From positions 1 to 62,998 of the forward strand of contig MEQL01000023.1 in NCBI GenBank assembly GCA_001770205.1: a stretch of 62,998 nt of DNA, in the 5' to 3' direction. A model generated the notes under the pieces. The model ran no database searches. It was not told the origin of the DNA and saw nothing but the letters and a program-made list of their open reading frames with translations. Positions 32,068-43,126 of this stretch are shown piece by piece. A program made the translations under genes and the position numbers. The first letter of the stretch is position 1. The number at the start of each line of letters is the position of its first letter. Origin of the DNA: Bdellovibrionales bacterium RIFOXYD12_FULL_39_22. GTDB taxonomy: Bacteria; Bdellovibrionota; Bacteriovoracia; Bacteriovoracales; Bacteriovoracaceae.

Positions 32068-32124
32068 ATTCTAACTCCCTTCATAAACTCCTTACGGATA
32101 CAAAATAGATACAACCTAATTATA

Positions 32125-33780
32125 CTAGAACAATCCTCCCAGTGACAGTAGGAAGGAGTCTCCCTGTATAAGCAATTCTCCATTTGTATCATTTCGCACA
32201 AGATCTGTTTTGAAATACTCGCCAGAAAAAGTTGGACGAATTCCAAAGTAGCGGCGAAAAAAATTAAAGCGATATTTCACACCATATGAATATCCATTTA
32301 ACCCCTCTCCACCAACAGAAATTGGATAGCGAAAAAGCAACTGAAGTGAATGCGAATACAGCTCCAATGCTGGCCCCAATTCTGGCCATAATATCGAAGA
32401 AGAATTCAGTTGTACTCCTTCCCAAATTCGATTTAGTGCAAAATAGTCAAACCTCGACCAATCAAGGCCACCAAAAATATAAAAATAGCGAAAAAGTGAG
32501 CTGGCCCAAACTACTTCAAAAGATAGTCGATCTGGTGGAGTTTTAGGTTCCGTGGATAAAAAACTTACATAAGAAAGCTTAACTCCCCAAAGATCTGGGA
32601 AACGTACATTGGGCCTTCTAAAACGCAAAAAACCATATCCCCCAAGTGAACGTAACGACGCATCCACATTAACAATCCCCAAAGATATTACGTTTTCTTG
32701 TAAAAACCCCAAGGTTCCAATCATCCAAAACTTCCATGGCCCAAAAAAGGAAAAATCATTTTGATAGAAACTATTTGCCTGCGAGGTCGATTTTCCAACG
32801 TTCCAGGTCTCCTCCGCTCTTTTGGCCACATTCCTCGCATCGCTCTTAGAATTTTCTTCCTCGTTTTGTAAGGCCAGCGCTGTTTCTATTTTATCTTGTC
32901 TGCTCGTAATCTCTTCAATAGGAGGCGCTGTTTCTCCATTCTTTATTTGTTTTATGCGACTGTTTTGTTCATCTATTTTTAATATAATCAACTTGCCCTT
33001 GTTATCAATCTGTTCGCTTAATTTTTTTTCCACCCGCCGCCGCTTTTGCTTAGACATATCTATATCAATATCGCGATCAACTAGTAGGTCATATAGGTTT
33101 AGTCGTTGCTTCATCTTTTCTAACTTAACAGCGGCCGCAGCTGGAGAGAGTTGTGAAATGGCAACAGTTTCGGCCTCAATGTCAAGATTACTGGCCTCTC
33201 CTAAAAAAGAGTTACTAACCTCTTTGGTGATCTCTTCTTGTTTTTTTAATTCATTTCTAATTTCGGCAACTCTCTTTTCTGCTTCTAATTTGAGAGGTAT
33301 TTCATTATCTTCTACAAATTTTTTCCCAAAAATAAATTCGTAGAGCGCAAAACGTAATCTCGATACAATCTGATCGCGCGGAACCCAAATTTTACGCAAA
33401 GATTTAACTTGTTTGACGGCCACTCCTTCAAAAAGAAAAAGTTGCAACCGATAATACTTCCCTATTCTCTGGGTACGAATTTTATATTTTAAAATAAATT
33501 GTTCTTCGATATTCTCCGGAAAAAATAGTGGTACTTTATTAAAAACCAAAAGATATTTTTGTGAACGCAACACTACATCAATAACATTCCGCTTGAGTTC
33601 ACGACGAAGGCCATCCAAACTATCTGGTAACTCACTATCAAATAAAAAAAGCGGTGGATTCTCTGATACCCTATTTTGCTGCTCAACTTTTTGCCCATAT
33701 GATTGTGCGGGCCATCCAACAATAAGATAAAATAGCACGACAAATCGCAAAGTTGTTCTAAAAATAAAACAATACCTCAT
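32125..33780 (-). CDS. Secreted protein with a coiled region and C-terminal beta-barrel-like domain
   Basis: Signal peptide (..AQSYG/Q); amphipathic strands; ends LSLGGLF; co-oriented upstream of motAB; start uncertain. Confidence 0.65.
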   Translation of the reverse strand: MRYCFIFRTTLRFVVLFYLIVGWPAQSYGQKVEQQNRVSENPPLFLFDSELPDSLDGLRRELKRNVIDVVLRSQKYLLVFNKVPLFFPENIEEQFILKYKIRTQRIGKYYRLQLFLFEGVAVKQVKSLRKIWVPRDQIVSRLRFALYEFIFGKKFVEDNEIPLKLEAEKRVAEIRNELKKQEEITKEVSNSFLGEASNLDIEAETVAISQLSPAAAAVKLEKMKQRLNLYDLLVDRDIDIDMSKQKRRRVEKKLSEQIDNKGKLIILKIDEQNSRIKQIKNGETAPPIEEITSRQDKIETALALQNEEENSKSDARNVAKRAEETWNVGKSTSQANSFYQNDFSFFGPWKFWMIGTLGFLQENVISLGIVNVDASLRSLGGYGFLRFRRPNVRFPDLWGVKLSYVSFLSTEPKTPPDRLSFEVVWASSLFRYFYIFGGLDWSRFDYFALNRIWEGVQLNSSSILWPELGPALELYSHSLQLLFRYPISVGGEGLNGYSYGVKYRFNFFRRYFGIRPTFSGEYFKTDLVRNDTNGELLIQGDSFLLSLGGLF

Positions 33781-33874
33781 ATCAGGAGGATAACTGAACC
33801 AGACAATATCAACTACCATTGGCAAAATATTCCCCTTCTATCATTGGCCTGAACATCATGGGATAATTGTTAGC

Positions 33875-34567
33875 ATGAGTAGATATAATAAATTGCTAAC
33901 CTTTTTTTCCAAGAAAAAATTATCCACTGGCGAAGAAGACGCTCTAAATCGCCTTATCCAAAAGTTTCAAGACGCAGAACTACTTGCGGGCCCAACAGCT
34001 CAAACTTCTTGCTCTATTTTGGAACAGGAAAAAATTGAACTTCCATCTGACTCTTCCTTTCCTCCCCCGTTGCCTCAAGGCGTGGCAACCGCAAATAAGG
34101 CCGTGACAACTGCCAAGAACCAACCCGAACCTCTCCCACCACTTCCTGCAGTGCCCACAAAAAAATCCAAAAACAGGCGGGAAAAAAAAGTGCCCGGACC
34201 TAGACATATGACGATATCAAGCAACTCCGCAAATGACCTCCGAGAAATTTTAAAGAAAAATTTTAACACCTCTAATATTCAAATTTCTCGTTACGCCGAC
34301 AATGAATCTATGTTGACCACGGTACATTTTGAACGACAAGAGAACTTTTCGGCAGAAGAAATTCGCATTTTAGAAGAACTCCTCGTACCTTTGCGAGGGC
34401 AAATTAAAAAGTTTGCCGGCGAATTAGATTTTGTAAATCCACTAACTAAAGAGAGTCTTGCTAACCAACTTACTTTTGTTATAATTCTCCCTCTTGACTT
34501 ACCTACTCCTGGGGCCTCTTCCTCCAAAAGTCGAAGAGTGTCGGCCTCTGGCGCAGATACCACATGA
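33875..34567 (+). CDS. Hypothetical protein with a Pro-rich linker
   Basis: 230-aa ORF with an ATGA overlap to the next gene. Confidence 0.6.
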   Translation: MSRYNKLLTFFSKKKLSTGEEDALNRLIQKFQDAELLAGPTAQTSCSILEQEKIELPSDSSFPPPLPQGVATANKAVTTAKNQPEPLPPLPAVPTKKSKNRREKKVPGPRHMTISSNSANDLREILKKNFNTSNIQISRYADNESMLTTVHFERQENFSAEEIRILEELLVPLRGQIKKFAGELDFVNPLTKESLANQLTFVIILPLDLPTPGASSSKSRRVSASGADTT

Positions 34568-35208
34568 AAAAAAAGTTTATCCTAAAAATCTTTTACCTGA
34601 TAATCACCATTTTTATCTTTGCTGCCCCCTTAATGGCAGAAAATAAATCTGCTTCTCCCTTTGCTCCACTCTTATCCGGACGAATGGGCGTATCCATGGT
34701 CAGTTTTGCCCAAGTTGCATCCTCTTCCGAAGGAACTGCCACCGAAAGCGTTGCCGCCGCCCCGGAAAGCGGAAGTATCTCCACCACTATTGCCTCTATA
34801 CAATATGAAATTTTCCAAAACAATACTCGCTCATTTTTTTTTAACGGCGTAGGATCAATCTCCACTACCAGTCTAGACAAGTATTACGCCATTGGCCTAG
34901 GTATGAATTGGTATCTAAACGGCGCGGCGGCCCTGGCCACCTTTTTAGATAGTGGTATGAAAATTCAGATCGTTCCTAAAATTCGTTATTACGCTGGAAT
35001 TGATGTACTCGGACGCTATCTGGCCTACACAACCAGTACCGAAACCCGTGGAGATGTGGGTTTTGAAATTGGCGGACATCTTGGGGCCATCTATGGTATC
35101 GACGACATTCGTGGAATAAAAGCAGAGGCCGGAGTCTTTCAAGGCGTAGGAATTGAAACCAGCTCTACCAATATTCAAATTATGCTGGGTGGAACTTATT
35201 TCCTATAG
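34564..35208 (+). CDS. Small outer-membrane beta-barrel protein
   Basis: Signal peptide (..PLMA/E); about 8 amphipathic strands; ends GGTYFL. Confidence 0.75.
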   Translation: MKKKFILKIFYLIITIFIFAAPLMAENKSASPFAPLLSGRMGVSMVSFAQVASSSEGTATESVAAAPESGSISTTIASIQYEIFQNNTRSFFFNGVGSISTTSLDKYYAIGLGMNWYLNGAAALATFLDSGMKIQIVPKIRYYAGIDVLGRYLAYTTSTETRGDVGFEIGGHLGAIYGIDDIRGIKAEAGVFQGVGIETSSTNIQIMLGGTYFL

Positions 35209-35218
35209 CATCTTAATT

Positions 35219-38200
35219 TCAATCCGAAGGAATGGGAACTGCGCAGCGAACTCCGGTGGCACCTCTAATTTGATCAATTAATCTTCCTAAATTAAGCGTA
35301 TAGCGCGAAGAGGCATTGGCCGACCAATTATAACCGGAGAGAAATGTCATATAGCTATTAACCGTATTATTAAGAGGTAAAACATAAAATCCTCCATCGT
35401 TAGGAAAAACATAAGTTGCTCCTGCAATAATGGGTGTTTTCCAAGTCATAATCATATTATCATCAGGACTTGTTCCCCCACAACTATCCCCACTACAAGA
35501 GAGACCTAATCCCAAAACAGGCGAGAAAAAATTGGCATTATTAAAATTTTTCCAATCATAAAAGGTTGTTGACGGAGCAGTTGCAATACCAACTGCTGAA
35601 AACTCTAAATAGTTCCCATCACCATTTCTTAAGTTCTCTTTGTTTGCAGCATCTATTGAAGGTATTATATCCGCAGTACAAGTTGTTAAGTTACAAAAAA
35701 TTTGATCTGAGTTTAACTCTTCTATATTCCCCGTCATATCCTGGATACCATATCTAGATTGACAATTTCGTGATCCCCAGGTTCCGTTAGACCCCGTGCG
35801 CAGGGCCCTTGAAGCATTTGTGTTTACACTGGTCAAAGTACCAGGATATCTGTCATCACTGTAGTCGTTGTTGGCAAAATTTCCACCTTTTAAATTGGCA
35901 TTGCAATAGGTATCTGTACCGCTACCATCTTCCACGCTTCTGATTGCTACCCCACTCCCATACATATATCGTGGAGCTGTGTAACTGGCCGCAAGTCCAG
36001 TAGCACGCTCTCCCCAATCCTGTGCACGCCAAGCAGCGGCAGAAATAAACTCTTTCCGGCGCAAAATACGTTTCCCATACTCTACAGCGGTGGAGTTGGT
36101 TGTGATATTTATTTTTGTTCCCTGACAAATTCGCCAAGCGGCGGTGGCCTGGCCAATATAAACAAGAGGTGGAAGATAAGCACGATTTGATGCTATTTTC
36201 TCTGCATTGGCCTCAACTCTATCCAGCGAAACATCCGCAATTCTTTTCCAGCTTGCTCCAGGTGTCTCTACAAAAGGGTCTAATCCTTGAATTGAACAAT
36301 AGGGATTGTCCCTACGATAATAAACGGTATATTGATCGGCCACCGCTACTGGATCACCTGTTCCCAAGCAAGCACCACCACTACAGCCAGTGGTGGAAAA
36401 ATTACAACCCACTTCAAAACGATCAACTAACAAGTCATGCAACATATCGTAGTAGCGAGGAGATCCTGGCCCTGTCTGGCCATCCTCTAAAACAGATGCC
36501 AGGCCGTTATACTCACACTTATAGTTGTCGCTGGGCAAAATAGGCCGATGCAATATCTCACACATCTCTTTATTGGCCATCATCCTATGCATCAAGGCCA
36601 TATTCTCCGGAGGTAGTATGACACGAACTACACTAGGATGAGTGTTGGCCCCACTGTAAAAATTAAGTTCAGTTCCATCATAATCGACCACCACTTTAAA
36701 CCAATAGGTCGTTCCCGGGGCCATTCCAGGTAACTGCACCATCTGGCCATCAATAGCAACAGAGCCAAAAACGATCTCATATTTACTAACCCCAACAGAA
36801 ATAGGGATGGTGGCCACTTCTGTGAAAGGCCCACTTTCCGAAATAGTTGAATAATAGACCTTCTGAGTTACCAATCCTCCTGCTGCAAAGTCTGAAAGTG
36901 GTCTGGTACTACCATATATGGAAAAAGCGTCCCATTTAAGACGAATAATTCCGGAGGTACTTCCCGCTGGATCCTCGCGATAATTTCTAGTTAACGGATC
37001 AAGTGACTCTGCGATAACTGCACCATTTGCAAGGCCAGAAGTCTTCGGCCCAATAGCAAAAATATCATCCCAGCCATTGTGTCGTAATTCTGGATTAGTG
37101 GTTTTACAGGAATTATCTGTTGCGACTGCCGAAGCATTAACTCTAAAAATTTGTCCCTCACTATTTTGATAATAGGTAGAAATACCAATTTGATAGTTTG
37201 TTGCAAAAAATGGTAGGCCCACAAGAGCATAGGATGTCTCTAATCCACCGGCCAAAATCATCACTTTATGATAAACACTCTCTGCGGTGTCACTGATAGC
37301 ATCTGCAAAACTAAATGCACTGCTTCCATTATACTCGGCAGCACTATCTTTGTAGAAAACTTCATAATGGGTGAATACTCCATTATTAGTCGGACGATCC
37401 CAACTAATCTCCAGCGAATCAAAAGTTTGATTTTCACATAAATTTTTTATTCCGCTAAAATCAGGGGCCGTATAAGTAGGTTTACCACAACGAACCACTT
37501 GCCACAAAATTGTGCGCGGTCCAAGGATAGGATGTAACGGCGAAGACGAATATGGTTTCAATACAAAACAAACTGTCTGATCCGTACGAACACCTGACAC
37601 CTGAATCGAGGTTGATTTAGTAGAAAGTGGAGTGGAAGAATCGATATATATACCATTGGGATTAGCGGAAGAGTAGGCGGTAATTTGAGATTGTATCCCA
37701 GATAACGAATCATTGTTGTCGATAGGGTCTCCATTACTATCAACACGAAATAAACGATACTCGTTAAAGGCGCCGGAAGCACTATCAGCGGCATACCAGC
37801 TAAGGATTAAAGAAGTTAATCCTATTGTCCCTTCCGGTTGTGTAATATTATCGCGCAATCCATCAAAAGGAGCTACCGGCGGCGTAGTCGTAATCAAAGA
37901 TGATTGATTCTGTCCCAACATGTCAGACCCCGAACATTGATCAGAACTTCTACAGGCCACCACATAAACGTAATAATTAGTATGTGGATCGAGTCCACTA
38001 ATCCGGCCTTGCAAGTAGTCAGAGGTTAAAGTAGCTTTGCGATATAATTCATCCTTTGCAGGATCTACTGGCCGTGCTTCTTTTAAAGCATAAAGACGAA
38101 ACTCGCTACAAGCAACACATGCCGGCCAAACGACATCCGCTTTGGTAAAACCATCAACATTATTCGGAATAGTGGCCGAAGTAATCCCATCAAACTCGAT

Positions 38201-38992
38201 TGGCCGATCCGTCAGCGTCTTAGCAAAAATGTACTTCTCATTTAATTCAAATTGATTTGGTGATGCCGAATTGCGTGCACGCACTGTTATATAATGGCCC
38301 TCTCCTGGAACTAGCGGGATAGAAGAACCCAAAATATATTCTGCTGCCGAAGGATTATTTAGCGACACTGTGTAAACATTATTGGCCAAATTATCCATCA
38401 ATTGCGCTAATGTATTAGCGTAATATATGTAGTAACCGGAAATACTATGATCAGAAGAAAAAACATCACCAATTATGATTGTTGGCCGAGAAGCAGGAAT
38501 CCATTGAAGCTTCAGTTGCGTCATGGCCTCTACCCCGGGCATATTACTCACTAACTGCAGTCCTTCAAAAACAGGAAGATGAAATGGAGCTGTGGAAATA
38601 ACTATGCCGTCAGTTCTCTCACTGTAGATATCATTTTCTACATCGTATGCTTGCATACTTATGTGATAAGCAGTATTGACTCGCAAGTCACTGATGGTCA
38701 AAGAAAGCAGGCCCTCTCCATCAACGACCAAAGTTTCCGCGGGAACTGAGGCGGCAGGAACCGTACCGCCATTTAGAAAGGCGTGATAATAGTAACTGCC
38801 AGATCCACCTGTTGCGCCCTTAAATTTAATCATTATCTTGGTATCAGAAATATATTTACCAGAACTTATTCCTGTCAAACTGACACTCTTAACCGCCACT
38901 TCTTCTGCCTTATTCGCCCCACTTTTGCGAATTGAACCAACACACGACAACAGAAGCTGAGACGAAATTATAGCAAAAATTAATATTTTCAT
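35219..38992 (-). CDS. Large surface lipoprotein: FN3-like repeats plus a C-terminal FGE-sulfatase/C-type-lectin-fold domain
   Basis: Lipobox LLSC; repeated P.F.G...L.W...Y..Y modules; DRFEVGC, CQSRYGIQDMTGNIEE, terminal GVRC. Confidence 0.8.
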   Translation of the reverse strand: MKILIFAIISSQLLLSCVGSIRKSGANKAEEVAVKSVSLTGISSGKYISDTKIMIKFKGATGGSGSYYYHAFLNGGTVPAASVPAETLVVDGEGLLSLTISDLRVNTAYHISMQAYDVENDIYSERTDGIVISTAPFHLPVFEGLQLVSNMPGVEAMTQLKLQWIPASRPTIIIGDVFSSDHSISGYYIYYANTLAQLMDNLANNVYTVSLNNPSAAEYILGSSIPLVPGEGHYITVRARNSASPNQFELNEKYIFAKTLTDRPIEFDGITSATIPNNVDGFTKADVVWPACVACSEFRLYALKEARPVDPAKDELYRKATLTSDYLQGRISGLDPHTNYYVYVVACRSSDQCSGSDMLGQNQSSLITTTPPVAPFDGLRDNITQPEGTIGLTSLILSWYAADSASGAFNEYRLFRVDSNGDPIDNNDSLSGIQSQITAYSSANPNGIYIDSSTPLSTKSTSIQVSGVRTDQTVCFVLKPYSSSPLHPILGPRTILWQVVRCGKPTYTAPDFSGIKNLCENQTFDSLEISWDRPTNNGVFTHYEVFYKDSAAEYNGSSAFSFADAISDTAESVYHKVMILAGGLETSYALVGLPFFATNYQIGISTYYQNSEGQIFRVNASAVATDNSCKTTNPELRHNGWDDIFAIGPKTSGLANGAVIAESLDPLTRNYREDPAGSTSGIIRLKWDAFSIYGSTRPLSDFAAGGLVTQKVYYSTISESGPFTEVATIPISVGVSKYEIVFGSVAIDGQMVQLPGMAPGTTYWFKVVVDYDGTELNFYSGANTHPSVVRVILPPENMALMHRMMANKEMCEILHRPILPSDNYKCEYNGLASVLEDGQTGPGSPRYYDMLHDLLVDRFEVGCNFSTTGCSGGACLGTGDPVAVADQYTVYYRRDNPYCSIQGLDPFVETPGASWKRIADVSLDRVEANAEKIASNRAYLPPLVYIGQATAAWRICQGTKINITTNSTAVEYGKRILRRKEFISAAAWRAQDWGERATGLAASYTAPRYMYGSGVAIRSVEDGSGTDTYCNANLKGGNFANNDYSDDRYPGTLTSVNTNASRALRTGSNGTWGSRNCQSRYGIQDMTGNIEELNSDQIFCNLTTCTADIIPSIDAANKENLRNGDGNYLEFSAVGIATAPSTTFYDWKNFNNANFFSPVLGLGLSCSGDSCGGTSPDDNMIMTWKTPIIAGATYVFPNDGGFYVLPLNNTVNSYMTFLSGYNWSANASSRYTLNLGRLIDQIRGATGVRCAVPIPSD

Positions 38993-39005
38993 AACTTGCT
39001 CCCAG

Positions 39006-42000
39006 TTAATCCTCTGTCACATCTACCGCACATCGAACCGCCGCGGCCCAACCTTCATTTGGTCTAGAAATTATATCTGATGAAAAACGGCCGGCCCCAG
39101 AACCACTGTCCCACTTGCCCCCGCTATACATATAGCGAACAAAGGTATTGGGGACTATATTGTTTAGAGAGATGATTAATCTGTCACTGTTATATGGGAA
39201 AGTAACATACGTCGCCCCCGAGGACTTGGCGGTTATCAACTTATTATCGTCGTCTGGTTGAATATCACACGTACCACTCGCACAGTTAAGCGAAAGGCCA
39301 AGTGCTGGTGAAAAATAATTTGCATTAATGGGGCTAGCGTATTGCCATTCCGCAGTTCCCGTTACCGAAGTGGCCAAACCAGTAGCAGAAAATTCCAAGT
39401 AATTTCCATCCCCATTTTTCAAAGTCTCTTGTGCTACGGCATCTAGTGGAGTGGTAACATTGGCGCTACAGGTAATATTTGGACTATTATATTCACAATA
39501 AACTTGGTCAGAAGTCATATCCCAAGCATTTCCAATCATGTCTTGCAACCCATAGCGAGATTGACAATCCTTACTGCTATAAGCTCCATTAGAACCAGTT
39601 CGTAAAATATATATAGAATCCGCGGGATCTGCTGCCCCCGGATAACGATCGTTATCCTCAAAAGTATCCAAAGGCCAATTTCCACCTTTGTTATTATTAT
39701 TACAAAAACTGGTAGTGGTGTTGCTGGTATATTCAACCGTTGTTATATCGTAATGATTTCCATAAATATAGCGCGGCCCTGTCAAACTTTGGGCCGGCCC
39801 CGTGGCCGCTGCTCCCCAGGGATCTGAACGCCAAGCGGCAGCTGCAATAAATTCTTTCTTGCGTAACATCCTTCTATTAAAACTTGATGCCTCTCCATTG
39901 GTAGTAAGCGAAATAGAAGTACCTTTGCATAAGTTGTATCCTCCTAACTCTTGAGTGATACGCATCAGTGGTGGTAAATAGGCCCGTGTTGAGACAATCT
40001 CTTCTGCCGCTGCTTCAACAACCACTGCCCCCAATCCATTTATCTCTTTCCAATTTGAGCCACTAGGAGAGTTTTGCTGCATGGAGCAGTAGCCATTATA
40101 ACGATTATAATAAATTGCCCCTTGAACGGCAGAATATCCCAAGGTTAACGGGTTACCAAGGCCAATGCAGGGTGCAGAGACTCCTCCAACTATGCAGTTA
40201 ACTTTTCTAAAGTTGCAACCATTTTCAAAACGATCAATCAACATATCATTTTGAATATCATAATAGTGAGTTCCGCCGTCTAATATGGAGGTAAGTCCGT
40301 TAAATTCACAACGATAATTACTTTCTTCATCTACACTCTTATGCAGCATTGCACACATCTCTTGATTGGCGATCCAGCGATGCATCAAGGCCATATTATC
40401 TGGCGGCAAAATAACTCTGGCCACTTCGGGATGTGTACTCGTGGCATGAAATGCCAGATCTACCCCGTCAAATCTTCCAATAATTTTGAACCAATATTTT
40501 ACTCCAGGAGTCATTCCTAAAAATGCCACCATGGCCGCACTATTATCCGATCCTAAAATAAGTTCATATTTGGAAGTTCCATACACCGTTGGGACCGAAG
40601 CAATGTGCACAAAAGAACTACTGTCTGTTGCCGAAACTGATGACGCATACACCTCATAAGAGACAGAACCGGCGGCAGCAAAATCCGAAAGCCTTAGTGC
40701 CGAATTAGGGATACCAAAATCTTTCCAAACTAACCTTATAATCCCACTGTTACTTCCGGCAATATCCTCTTTATAGTTTTTCGTTACAGGATCAATAGAT
40801 TCTCGCACTACTACTTTTTGAGCGGAATCCAAAACCAGGCCAGAAGTTTTTGGCCCAATTGCAAAAATGTCATCCCAACCTCCATGAACTAATTCTGGAT
40901 TTGAGGTAATACAAGCATCGGTTGCAACCTTAGAATTATTTACTCGAAAAATACCACCTATTCCATTGTCATAATAGGTGGAAACCCCAATTTCATAGGC
41001 AGTACTAAATGCCGGAAGATTTCTTATTTCATAGGGTAACGCCACTTCTGCGTCTACTACGATACGATGGTAAACACTATACTCGTCGTCTGCAATCGCG
41101 TCGTCGTAACGAAAATCGTCATGGCCATTTTCATAGACGGCATCCTTTAACTTATAAAATATTTCGTAATGAGTAAAAATACCACTTGATGGCCGAGTCC
41201 AATTAATCGATAGAGAGTTAAATGTTTGATTCGTACAAGCAGTATCCACTCCATTAAAATCAGGAGCAGCATAAACAGGCTTTCCACACCTAATTACTCT
41301 TGAACTTAAAGTACGCGGGCCACTGGGGTGTGCCGGAGAAGTAGAATACGGCAAAAGAACAAAGCAAGAGGTTTCATCCGTTGGTAATCCCGCAACCTTT
41401 ATACTCGTGGAGGCAACATTAAGTGGTGTGGCAGCATCAATGTATGCGCCACTTGGGTTTGATGAAGAGTAAATTGTAATCTGTGACTGAACTCCCGCAA
41501 GTACAGGGTTATTATCCACGGCCTCTCCATCTTCTTTCACCCTAAATAGTCGGTACTCGTTAAAAACTCCGCTCGCGGTATCCGCCGGCAACCACGACAG
41601 TGTCAAAGTGGTCAGTCCAACAGTACCTGCTGGTTGTGTTATACTTTGAATACCATCGAAGGGAGAAACAGGAGGGGTAGTGGTAGCATCGCGATAGATA
41701 TTGTTCCCCATAACATCTTCTCTCTCTGAACAACGGGCAGCATCTCTACAGGCCACAACGTAGATGTAATTGGTAGTATGCGGAATTAATCCACTGATTC
41801 GATGAGAAAGTGTCGTTGACTCCAACGTGGCCATTAAAAATGCACCATCTTTATCAGGATCGACGGCCCGCATCTCATTTAGCGCATATATCCGAAATTC
41901 ACCACAGGCAGTGCAACTGCCCCAAGAAACATCTACCTTAGTAAAACCATCCGTGTTGCTGGGAACTACGGCGGCCTCAATACCGGAAAATTCCATTGGA

Positions 42001-42824
42001 CGATTCAAGAAAGTTTTGGCAACAACGTAATGCTCGTTTAACTCATATTTGCTAGGACTCGCGGAATTTTTGGCCCGCATAGCGATATAGTAAGTTGCTC
42101 CTGGAGTTAGTGGTGTCGATTCACCCAAAATGTATTCTGCGGCAACAGGGTCAGAAAAAACAATGGGTGCCGCTTCCGCAACATCTGCAGAGTGTAATTT
42201 GGTGAAAAGTTCATCTAAGGAGGTAGCGTAATAAATGTAGTAACCGGAGATAACATGCTCGCCAGAAAATGGGTCACCGATAATTATATCCGGAGAAACT
42301 GCTGGAATCCACTGCAGCTTTAATTGTGTCATAGCAGCAACTCCCGGCATATTAGCAGCAGTTGCCACCCCTTCAAAAACTGGTAAATGGTTGGGAGCGG
42401 TCGAAACAATTATCCCTTTGGTTCTATCGCTCAGTTTATCATTGTCTACGTCGTAGGCCAGCATGCTTATGTGGTAAGCGGTGTTGACGCGCAAATCACC
42501 AATTTCCAAATAAAGTTCTCCATCCGAATTCTCTCGCAACAGTTCAGATGGTATCGAGACTGAAGGCTCCGTGCTACCGTTTAAATAGACCCGATAGTAG
42601 TAAACTCCGGAACCACCGGTGGCAGCGTTAAACTTAACCATAATTTTAGTATCCGAAATATATTGGCCAGAAGTAACCCCGGCAAAGGATAGCGGCTTGG
42701 TGTTTACCAGCTGTACCTTGTCTGTCCCACTCTTGCGAATAGAACCGACGCACGAAACAAGCAGTGTTGTAACCAGCAAAATAATTATCGACAAAACGGT
42801 AGTAAAAATTTTATTTGCGCTCAT
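39006..42824 (-). CDS. Large surface lipoprotein, tandem paralogue of 35219-38992
   Basis: Lipobox LVSC; colinear with its neighbour (SCVGSIRKSG, YISDTKIM, WDDIFAIGPKTSGL); CQSRYGLQDMIGNAWD, terminal VRC. Confidence 0.8.
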   Translation of the reverse strand: MSANKIFTTVLSIIILLVTTLLVSCVGSIRKSGTDKVQLVNTKPLSFAGVTSGQYISDTKIMVKFNAATGGSGVYYYRVYLNGSTEPSVSIPSELLRENSDGELYLEIGDLRVNTAYHISMLAYDVDNDKLSDRTKGIIVSTAPNHLPVFEGVATAANMPGVAAMTQLKLQWIPAVSPDIIIGDPFSGEHVISGYYIYYATSLDELFTKLHSADVAEAAPIVFSDPVAAEYILGESTPLTPGATYYIAMRAKNSASPSKYELNEHYVVAKTFLNRPMEFSGIEAAVVPSNTDGFTKVDVSWGSCTACGEFRIYALNEMRAVDPDKDGAFLMATLESTTLSHRISGLIPHTTNYIYVVACRDAARCSEREDVMGNNIYRDATTTPPVSPFDGIQSITQPAGTVGLTTLTLSWLPADTASGVFNEYRLFRVKEDGEAVDNNPVLAGVQSQITIYSSSNPSGAYIDAATPLNVASTSIKVAGLPTDETSCFVLLPYSTSPAHPSGPRTLSSRVIRCGKPVYAAPDFNGVDTACTNQTFNSLSINWTRPSSGIFTHYEIFYKLKDAVYENGHDDFRYDDAIADDEYSVYHRIVVDAEVALPYEIRNLPAFSTAYEIGVSTYYDNGIGGIFRVNNSKVATDACITSNPELVHGGWDDIFAIGPKTSGLVLDSAQKVVVRESIDPVTKNYKEDIAGSNSGIIRLVWKDFGIPNSALRLSDFAAAGSVSYEVYASSVSATDSSSFVHIASVPTVYGTSKYELILGSDNSAAMVAFLGMTPGVKYWFKIIGRFDGVDLAFHATSTHPEVARVILPPDNMALMHRWIANQEMCAMLHKSVDEESNYRCEFNGLTSILDGGTHYYDIQNDMLIDRFENGCNFRKVNCIVGGVSAPCIGLGNPLTLGYSAVQGAIYYNRYNGYCSMQQNSPSGSNWKEINGLGAVVVEAAAEEIVSTRAYLPPLMRITQELGGYNLCKGTSISLTTNGEASSFNRRMLRKKEFIAAAAWRSDPWGAAATGPAQSLTGPRYIYGNHYDITTVEYTSNTTTSFCNNNNKGGNWPLDTFEDNDRYPGAADPADSIYILRTGSNGAYSSKDCQSRYGLQDMIGNAWDMTSDQVYCEYNSPNITCSANVTTPLDAVAQETLKNGDGNYLEFSATGLATSVTGTAEWQYASPINANYFSPALGLSLNCASGTCDIQPDDDNKLITAKSSGATYVTFPYNSDRLIISLNNIVPNTFVRYMYSGGKWDSGSGAGRFSSDIISRPNEGWAAAVRCAVDVTED

Positions 42825-43126
42825 ACGTTCCTCATCGACACACTGGCGCAATATCTTAACCGGCCCAGTGCCATCAATGACGATATTCTATGCCTGAAAT
42901 GCCCCCAAATTGTTGCGCACATAATTTTCAATAAGTTGCCCACTTCGAATCAAAGAAAAACTTATCTAAACTGCCCAGAAAAGTTGGCAGTCTTACTTTT
43001 TTTTAGGCCACTAAATACCCAGTATAAACAGTTCAACTATTTGAAAATAAGCAGCAAGAACAATAGACGCATCTTCTGGCCAAAATAACGGTAATATTGA
43101 GGGTGATTACTGACGAGGAGATCTTC

